A DNA stretch of 6,464 bases from Octopus sinensis (Eukaryota). Under the pieces are notes generated by a model, which was given only the letters and a program-made list of their open reading frames with translations, was not told the DNA's origin and did no database searches. Shown one piece after another: positions 1-6,464 of this stretch (the stretch's first letter is position 1; each line of letters begins with the position of its first letter). The translations under genes and the position numbers were made by a program. The stretch is from the NCBI RefSeq assembly GCF_006345805.1, contig NW_021829327.1, positions 1 to 6,464 of the forward strand, given 5' to 3'.

Positions 1-76
1 GCAATATAATCGGATCTTCATTATCGACATCAATTTCATTAAAAAATATTTAAATTTTAAATAATTGAGAGCTTTC

Positions 77-787
77 ATGGTTTGAAGAGCACCATTTCAT
101 GGTTGCGGAGATGGAGTCGCTATGCGGAGTCGTGTGCATATGCGATGAGTAGTTATGTGATGGATTTCTCGAAAACAAAAATCTTTATTACCTGGGAGCA
201 ACCATCAACTGCGTGGCTCGTACGCAGATCATATAGCAAATCAGAGAAAGAGGAGTATGAGAATCCTCAAAAGCTTAACCAGGTTCCATCTGGATCCGAA
301 ACGTACATCTACGTATACAAAACGTGTGTGCAGCCAGTCCTCACTATGGCTAAGAGGGCTGTACGGTACGGAGGAGAGTGACTACCTGATCGAACATTTG
401 GAAAAGACAAGACGTTTTCGCTATGAAATTGGCTTCGGAGTACAACTTGACAGAAGGTTAAAAGACTCACAAGAATCCTCTGTGCCCACGATCCGGATGG
501 TCTTGGAGAATTGTTTGTCAACTATGACTACAATTGGGGATACGCATGGAAAGAGACACTTCGGTGCCTTGTTTTTATCTCCCCGTTGATGCTTTCTTCC
601 TTGTTCTTCTTTTCTTTTCGGTCAATAAATACTATTCTGCAAGTTAATTTGAATTTTATTTAAAAAATATTGGCTTTAGACTATAACTAGACAATGCAGT
701 TATTTTGAACTGCCGGCGCATAAGATGGCCTGGCAGTTCCCTCGGACGATCGCCAACGAGAGCTTTCGAACTATTCTATCTTCTATC
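77..787 (+). mobile_element. 5'-truncated degenerate non-LTR retrotransposon (LINE): end of RT/post-RT region plus 3' UTR
   Basis: Joining frames across frameshifts gives FSKTK / YYLGATIN (YLG at 189-197) / GSYADHIANQRKRSMRILKSL / SETYIYVYKTCVQPVLT / YLIEHLEKT. This follows the usual LINE ORF2 order SKTK...KYLG...HI...LYKxxVRPxLEY...LExxQR. A 3' hairpin lies at 707-739 and a (TTCTATC)x2 tail at 774-787. The element is flanked by TAATTGAG[A/G]GCTTTC at 62-76 and 788-802. Clade not assigned. Confidence 0.8.
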
Positions 788-1164
788 TAATTGAGGGCTT
801 TCGAACAAATCCAATTAACATTTTTGAAAAATATTTAATGTTAATTGTTTTGTGATTCAATTTTTCTGACGAATCAAACAATGAGAGAAAGTCATCGGAT
901 TCAGTCAGAGAAAGATGGACTAATCAAATCAATATTTAACGGCTAAAGAAACCGTTCCCGGCTCTCAGCACTCCCTACAACCAATTCATCGAACCGACAA
1001 TTGGCTAAGTTTGCGCCGTATATGTCAATTAGCAACCAGAAGCACAAAGTTTCATTTACCCCGTATATGAGTTTTTGTAAGCTAATACATTGTGCGTACA
1101 CAAAGGAAGTCATCATTTAAAATAAATTAAAATGAAAAGGTTATTTGATTAATTTAGTTATTTG

Positions 1165-1290
1165 CAGGGTAGCCAGGGCAATTTTTTTTTTTATAGCCAG
1201 GGAAACTCGCTCGGCCAGATACCGAAACTCGGATGGGTCACAGATAACCCTTTTTATAAATGACCCGATTTGTCAGAGCACGCAACACTG
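1165..1290. mobile_element. Possible short MITE-like remnant
   Basis: The ends CAGGGTAGC and GCAACACTG (reverse complement CAGTGTTGC) match at 7 of 9. It contains TAGCCAGGG x2, GAAACTCG x2 and a GGGTCA/TGACCC stem. No TSD was found. Confidence 0.25.
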
Positions 1291-1499
1291 GAAAGCCTCT
1301 GTCTCAACTGCCAGTGGACAAAAACTCTGCCATTCAGAATACATTAGACTCTCGCAAATTGGTCATTTTTGGTTCCTTAGAATTTTGTGCCCAATTTGCA
1401 AAAAAATAAAAGCAATAATTTTGAAAAACTATGAGCAAATATATTCTTAAAAATGTTTAAATGAACAAAAAAATGTATTTAAATATTATTAAAATAAAT

Positions 1500-2225
1500 G
1501 GAATTCTAATTGTTTTTTCTTTCATAATTTTGCTTTTCACTTTTTTTATTAAAGAAATTAGAGAAACTTGATATTCATTCTTAACATTGGGTAAAGATTA
1601 AGATTTCTCTTTCTTTGGTAGCTGATCTAACTTAAAATGCTTTTATCTATATGCCTGTTTTTATAATTATTGTTCTCTTTTTCCATTCTTGTGAAAAATT
1701 TGATTTTCAATAAAATTTTCATTTTCCGTATATTTAATATTTAAAAAATTCGCCACTGTGAGAAGATCGACAATTTATGTTCCCATTGTTGTATTATTGA
1801 TATCAATTTATAGAATTTTGTTAGTGGAGTTATTAGAAACATTGGTAAAATTTTCTGATTGTCTCTTTAGAATACGTCTTCCCAAGCCATTTCTGTTAAA
1901 AGGCCGTATCCCTCAATTCATTACTTGTAAGAATTATAAACAAAAAATATTTTGAGTTCCAATAATTCTCTCAAATAAATTAACATGCGTTTGGTAAAAT
2001 CAATCTTAAAAGATTTTATAATGCTATATTATAAGTTGAAGCAATCACGACTCTTTTTTGAAGAAACAATATTTTTTATTTATTCAAATTCGACAATTGA
2101 TATTTTTTAGTTTTTTTAAATAGCTTCCTTCTTTAGTATAAAAATATTTATTGTTTGTCTTGATATTGTCCTTCGGAATATGGCTGAGAATCTATAGCAA
2201 ATCGTTGGCAAAAAATATCATCATT
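1500..2225 (-). pseudogene. Possible second, heavily decayed pogo-like (DDE_1) transposase remnant
   Basis: The minus strand gives GIRPFNRN at 1912-1889, similar to the GIxPFNxN motif after the DDE domain of pogo/Fot1-like transposases. The surrounding minus strand is purine-rich and coding-like but full of stops. Boundaries are guesses. Confidence 0.4.
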
Positions 2226-2237
2226 TTGTTTCCTGTA

Positions 2238-2315
2238 CAGTAAAGTCTCTTATATCCACGAAAAAATGAGACCTCTAAATATGTACCGCTTATTAGAAAA
2301 TAACGGATAACGGAA
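2238..2315 (+). mobile_element. Orphan pogo/Tigger-type terminus
   Basis: TA|CAGTAAAGTCTCTTATATCC... followed by CGGATAACGGA resembles TA-CAGTA-type pogo ends. No partner TIR was seen in the window. Confidence 0.45.
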
Positions 2316-2344
2316 TTATAGAAATTATGTAGTTTCCGTCTTTT

Positions 2345-2765
2345 TGAGGGCTTAATTATGTCATTTAAACCAATAGCTTGTTAACGCAATATTTCTGAAT
2401 TTATTAAAACTCTTTGATTATTTGTAAGCTTGAGAGCATACTTTTTAGTATAACAATTTTTTCACTTAGGTGTCAACTCGTAAAATTTCAAATTTCGCAA
2501 TTTAATCGACTGTTCTTGGAAATAAATTAATTATTGGCTTCAGGAATAAAAAGGTGTATTTTCCAAGTCGCAATTGGTTCAGTAACTGGGAAATAATCTC
2601 TAATTTTATTTTTTTTTACCAATGTGCGAAAACCAGAACGATGTCCTATCATAGCTGGGGACCCCTCTGTACTAATAGATTCAACTTTGTCCCAGTGAAT
2701 ACAATTGACACGTAAAAAGCCGAAAAACAAATAAAAAATCATTAGTGGTTGTTCTTGCATTCAAA
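2345..2765 (-). pseudogene. hAT (Buster/SPIN, ZBED5/ZBED8/GTF2IRD2-like) transposase remnant with internal deletions
   Basis: IHWDKVESISTEGSPAMIGHRSGFRTLVKK matches the Buster-type motif W.K...+.TDGAPAM.G..SGF...+K, with D replaced by E. It is preceded in another frame by ARTTTNDF. It is followed by RDYFP...W and SSLQIIK...NKFRN, which resemble the C-terminal dimerisation region. No TIRs were found, so boundaries are approximate. Confidence 0.8.
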
Positions 2766-2833
2766 CAAAAAAAATTCGTCATGATTCCAGTTCGACAAAA
2801 CATCAAATTCAACCAACTGATTTATATATGCTA

Positions 2834-3651
2834 CAGTGGGACAAAAAGTCATGGCACCTTTGCAAATTTGGACTAAATTTAACAATTCTTTGCAAAAAAA
2901 TTATTAAATACATTAATTTAAAAATAAATTAGTATATAGAACTTTTTAGATAAATTATTAAAAAACTATCTTAAAGGGAATTATTAATAGTGCACTAATT
3001 AACGATGTATTTTTTAAAAGCAATTTTTTGAGAGAAAAAAGTAATGGGCACGAAATCCAATTAATATTTAGTTGCATTCCCTTTTGCTAGCAGAACTGCT
3101 TCCAATCGTTTTTTGTAAGAAAAAATTAGTTTTTGACATTCTACTTTAGAAATATTTTTCATTCTTTGTAGCAAATTGTTTTTAATTCCTGGATATTTTT
3201 GGTTTTGGGTGGGCAGTTACAACTCGTTGTTTTAGGTCCAAGAATGCTCTTCCTCATCGACGAGATAATTTAATAAAAGGCGAAAAATAAAAGTATATTT
3301 ATACTAATCGGAATCTACTAATCAATTATATTAATAGAACTAAGAATCAATTATTTCAAAGAAAAAAACAAGGCACCAAAAGATAATCATTTGTATCTTA
3401 TTGTCAAAAAAATCCATATTTTTTGATAGTGTCATCACTTTTTACACATCAAATTTGACGTTTTTTCTAAATATGAAGCAAAAACAATTATATTTATTTG
3501 AAATCATGAATATAATTAGCACGAAATGGTTCAAAAGAATGCAAGATTTTATTGTGTAGCATGATGAACTAAATCGAAAAAAGGTATCATTGTAAAAATA
3601 TATTGAATTAAAAAAAAATGATAGGTGTGCCATGACTTATTTGCCCCACTG
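2834..3651 (-). mobile_element. Internally deleted Tc1-family transposon (818 bp), IR/DR type, with TA target duplication
   Basis: TIRs CAGTGGGACAAA-AAGTCATGGCAC and (reverse complement) CAGTGGGGCAAATAAGTCATGGCAC match at 23 of 25 columns. TA is present at 2832-2833 and 3652-3653. Inner copies of the TIR core occur at 3036-3051 and 3429-3443. Confidence 0.93.
3061..3265 (-). pseudogene. Tc1 transposase remnant
   Basis: The minus strand reads DLKQRVVTAHPKPKNIQELKTICYKE, then a frameshift, then NISKVECQKLIFSYKKRLEAVLLAKGNATKY* (stop at 3061-3063). The RLxAVxxxKGxxTKY* ending is the typical Tc1 C-terminus. Confidence 0.9.
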
Positions 3652-3653
3652 TA

Positions 3654-4135
3654 TATCGCTAGATTTATCAAATTGTCACTAATTGTGCAAGTTTAAGAAA
3701 CCCAAGGTGTTTTCAAAAACTTAATGAATATTTACAATCCTACAATTCTTCAAAAGGCTTGGATGAACATGGAAATATTTAATGAATGGTTGTATAATTG
3801 GAATAAAAATCTCAAACGAAAACAAAGAAGATACCATTGTCCTTCTCATAAAAGAACAATCGAATTAAGTATGATAAAGTTTATATTTGCCAAAAAACAC
3901 GACTACTGTGCTTCACCGATGATCATGGATTCATAGATCATTCAAATCGCATTTTAACAAATTTAAATTTAAACATATAATTGAAAAATAAATAACGGTA
4001 AAGCAAATATTGAATGCTATAAAAAATCAACGCTGCTGAAGATGGAGTCTTATTTCCTTATTTTGCCGAAAAAATGTGTCGGTGGATACAACATCAACAT
4101 GTTTTTCAGCACGCCAAATGGAAAAAAAGCATCGA
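3654..4135 (+). pseudogene. Tigger/CENP-B-like DDE_1 transposase remnant, probably continuing upstream of the Tc1 insertion at about 2765-2833
   Basis: Across frameshifts it reads NPRCFQK (3699), KAWMNMEIFNEWLYNWNKNLKRKQR, HCPSH, LPKNTTTVLH (3887), DHGFI/RSFKSHFNK and KNVSVDTTSTCF. These correspond to the Tigger motifs NPRCF, KAWM, DNxPxH and FLPPNTTSxxQPxDQGII. There are multiple stops and indels, and the Asp before xCPSH is missing. Confidence 0.9.
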
Positions 4136-4547
4136 AGAACCTATTAAGGAGACAAAAAATAAAAAAATTCGAATAAATTATAGATAATAATGATCTCGAT
4201 CCCATAAAAGAAGAGGAGTTTATAACTTTTGCGTACTCTGAGAATGACAAACTTCACTAAGTTCTACAAAACAATACAAAAAAAAAATAAAAAAAAAACG
4301 AAAAAAATGAAAATTTAGAAAGTTCAATTATTAAAGATTGTGAAAGAAACAAAATATTACACATCGAGAGAAAAAGTTTTCGAACCTCAAAAATATTTTT
4401 AAATGACGATTGTTAATGTGACATATGCTTTAAAGTTTAATGAAAATGTAAAAAAAATATAGAGTGAAAAGTAAGCCGAGTTCACGAAAAAAAGTGGAGA
4501 CATGTGTTAATTAAATTTTAATTTTTGTCAAAAATTCGTATAAAAAT

Positions 4548-4595
4548 TGGCCAATTTTCGAAATGGCTCAATTTTCGAAATGGCCAATTGCGAGA
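4548..4595 (+). repeat. Three tandem subterminal repeats of about 16 bp at the right end of the pogo element
   Basis: TGGCCAATTTTCGAAA (4548-4563), TGGCTCAATTTTCGAAA (4564-4580) and TGGCCAATTGCGAGA (4581-4595). The last copy overlaps the TIR. Confidence 0.85.
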
Positions 4596-5054
4596 GTCAA
4601 GTGTGTGCGAATTTTTTGATTCCTAAAAATTTGACAAAACTCAACAGAACTTCCGAACATTACGTTTATTTTCTATGCCTTTCAAAACCACTAGGATAGT
4701 GATCAGATGACATCTTAGTAAATCGTATTTTGTAAACTAACTCTAAAATTAAATGAGAAATGATTGAAGTATATTAAGATTACGCTCTATTTAAGAAAAA
4801 TCAAAGATGGGTTCAAATACCTATCATCAGAATTTGTCGTTATTGTGAAACATTAATAATTATTTTATTTTAAATCATTTTTTCAACATAGTTGACATTT
4901 TTAAATACGAAATGGAAATAAAAAATATAAATAACTTTTCTTTGCTATTTCTTTTGGTCATGCGGTTTGAAAAAATTGTCAATGTTCATCGATCAAGAAA
5001 ATTAAAGACGTCATGTCGTCAACCACTGATGAAATTAATTTTTATTTAAGTAAT

Positions 5055-5812
5055 TTAGTAATATAAGTTTAATGAAGATATTTTCAATTTTGAATCTTTC
5101 GGAGTACGTCTATCTTTTCTATCAAGAATAAATTTTTATTTAAGATTGTATACTGAATATCTGCTGTTTCCTCAACAGTTTTCAAGTTTTTTACAACTCG
5201 CTGTTTAATTGCTTTAATTTCTCTTTTGGCAGAATTGATTTCTATTTCATATCTTTTCCGCTCATCTAAGGCTTTGTAATAAGCCGTTAAAATAAATTAA
5301 TTAAAATACCTTAGATTCTGTATCAAGTCGCCATTCTAAATCTTTCAGCTGAGAAGTGAGATTATTTCGTTCTCTTTGTAACATTTTAATCATATAAGGA
5401 GTCACCTAAACTATTTTTTAAATAAAAAAACCTCCCCATTTTTTTCAATTCGGCTACCTTTATTATCTAAGCAATAATAAATTGTGGTTTTATAAACTTT
5501 CTTTTAGCATTGTTCGTGGTCTGAGATTTATTATGTAAAACGACTATTTGATTTTTAAGTTGTTTATTTGTCTCCTGTTGAGCTTCGTACATTTTTTCCA
5601 CCGATTTTCTATTTTTTGTTATTCAAACGTTTACCGCCATCTGCATCTGATTCAATGTCATCTTGAATTTTTTTATTTAATTTTCAAGGCTTTATTGAAT
5701 TATCGATGACTTTTCTGTTGTTTTAATGAAAAATATAAAAATTATTATCAATATACTTCATTTCCTCTTCCTCAGCTATTTTTTGCTTTAATTCTTTCGA
5801 TTTTTCCGACAT
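5055..5812 (-). CDS. CCDC169: CCDC169-like (DUF4600) coiled-coil protein gene, 7 exons; disrupted as assembled (pseudogene or sequence errors)
   Basis: Exons are 5812-5757, 5714-5635, 5608-5498, 5466-5432, 5405-5310, 5284-5154 and 5118-5055. The reconstruction reads MSEKSKELKQKIAEEEEMKKVIDNSI...ESDADGENRWKK/MYEAQQETNKQLKNQIVVLHNK...GEVTPYMIKMLQRERNNLTSQLKDLEWRLDTESKAYYKALDERKRYEIEI. It is colinear with CCDC169 as I recall it (LKQQLLEE..., [38 protein letters not shown]). Lesions are a TGA at 5684-5686, frameshifts near 5592-5597 and about 5500-5535, and a CG acceptor at 5285. The last exon and stop are less certain. Confidence 0.8.
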
Positions 5813-5846
5813 TACAAACAAATATCAATAATTAGAATGATTAAGG

Positions 5847-5859
5847 GCTACTATGCAAC
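5847..5859 (-). promoter_or_regulatory. Candidate RFX X-box upstream of the CCDC169-like gene
   Basis: The minus strand reads GTTGCATAGTAGC, one mismatch from the X-box consensus GTNRC(N0-3)RGYAAC, ending 34 nt before the ATG. Confidence 0.35.
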
Positions 5860-6192
5860 ATTTCTTTATTTTTAAATTAAGCTAACCAGTTATTAACATA
5901 AAAATAATTAATATATTATTACAAATATTACTTATGCTACAATAATATTTTATTAGTAAGGTTTATTTAGTACATAAGAAAATTGAAAAAATATAATCTA
6001 ATTTTAAGTTTTTAAGGTTATTTGTAATAGTATTTAAAGCACGTTCCTATACGTATTTAAATGCAAACAAACTACAAAAAACTCTAAATATTGATAAGAA
6101 TAAGAATATGATTACTAGGGCGATTTTTTAACATAAAAAATAAAAACTAAACTTTATTAATCAAAAAACTAAAAAAATACCCCACAAATTAA

Positions 6193-6327
6193 CTTTCTAC
6201 TTTAATAAAAGACTAGAGAAAAAAGGTCATTGGCAGATAGCCAGAGTATTGCCTCTGACTATGGCTATGGATTCGTTCGGTTAAATACCGGTGCTCACAC
6301 GGGTCGCCGGGAACCCTTTCTACTTTA
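6193..6327. repeat. Structured GC-richer 111-bp island (6205-6315) between perfect 12-bp direct repeats; probable small insertion
   Basis: CTTTCTACTTTA occurs at 6193-6204 and 6316-6327. Internal inverted repeats are ATAGCCA/TGGCTAT, CAGAG/CTCTG, CGGT/ACCG and GGGT/ACCC. Confidence 0.55.
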
Positions 6328-6464
6328 TAACTAACAATAAATATACTAAAACTGCTTGCTACACATACAAACTTTTCTTATGTCACCATCCATTAATTTT
6401 TCCTCATGATTTATATTTTCATTATTTTTATCTTAATGTTTCCGCCAGGGTCCATCTCTTCTAT

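Larger units (their letters stand above)
1342..4603 (+). mobile_element. pogo/Tigger-family DNA transposon, degenerate, carrying nested insertions
   Basis: Left end TA|CATTAGACTCTCGCAAATTGGTCATTT (from 1342) matches the reverse complement of the right end, CACTTGACTCTCGCAA-TTGGCCATTT (ends 4603), at 23 of 27 columns. The right flank reads TG instead of TA. A Tigger-like transposase remnant lies inside on the + strand. Confidence 0.75.

Noticed and set aside
82-589. ORFs 82-381, 257-589 and 309-521 as independent genes
   Set aside because: The two + ORFs are frameshifted pieces of one LINE ORF2 remnant, and the - ORF is its antisense shadow.
39-671. TTAAAAAATATT (39-50 and 660-671) as the LINE target-site duplication
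   Set aside because: It is a low-complexity AT 12-mer that does not abut the element edges, and the 62-76/788-802 repeat fits better.
735-765. HDV-like ribozyme (TTCCCTCGG...GCCAA)
   Set aside because: P1, P2 and P3 could not be assembled in the required order.
866-913. Hammerhead ribozyme (CTGACGA...GAAA)
   Set aside because: No stem II closes onto either GAAA, and the CTGACGA is sequestered in the long hairpin.
1145-4250. ORFs 1145-1450, 1758-1955, 3442-3633 and 4050-4250 as genes
   Set aside because: They have no recognisable motifs and cross TIRs, lie in transposon UTR or run antisense to transposase remnants.
4548-4595. CRISPR-like array
   Set aside because: The copies are directly tandem with no spacers, and they are explained as transposon subterminal repeats in a eukaryotic context.
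5055-5812. Alternative (ciliate-type) genetic code to explain the stops
   Set aside because: The TAA/TAG codons fall in introns or result from frameshifts, and the Tc1 remnant ends at TAA in the canonical position. One TGA is not enough to infer recoding.
6225-6262. U4 snRNA similarity on the minus strand (CAGAGGCAATA...GCCAATGA)
   Set aside because: It lacks the 5' CTTTGCGC U6-pairing segment, the spacing is wrong, and the rest of U4 including the Sm site is absent.
6345-6464. Minus-strand coding tail at the window edge
   Set aside because: It is short, has stops in all three frames and shows no recognisable motif. Adjacent sequence would be needed.

Overview
AT-rich eukaryotic (probably metazoan) genomic DNA, not prokaryotic. 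None of the supplied ORFs is an intact gene. Left to right: (i) a 5'-truncated, decayed non-LTR retrotransposon (about 77-787) with a 3' stem-loop, a tandem-repeat tail and a probable 15-bp target-site duplication; (ii) a pogo/Tigger-type DNA transposon bounded by TIRs at 1342 and 4603, containing a second pogo-like remnant, an orphan pogo-type end, a Buster-type hAT transposase remnant and an internally deleted IR/DR Tc1 element (2834-3651) inserted at a TA in its transposase; (iii) a minus-strand CCDC169-like coiled-coil gene (5812 to 5055), missed by the ORF track because six tiny 25-42 nt introns split it and it has several small lesions; (iv) a structured, GC-richer 111-bp island flanked by a perfect 12-bp direct repeat (6193-6327). 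All family calls come from manual translation and remembered motifs; no database search was run. I see no convincing evidence of a wholly new biological system. The tiny-intron gene and the repeat-flanked island are the best leads.
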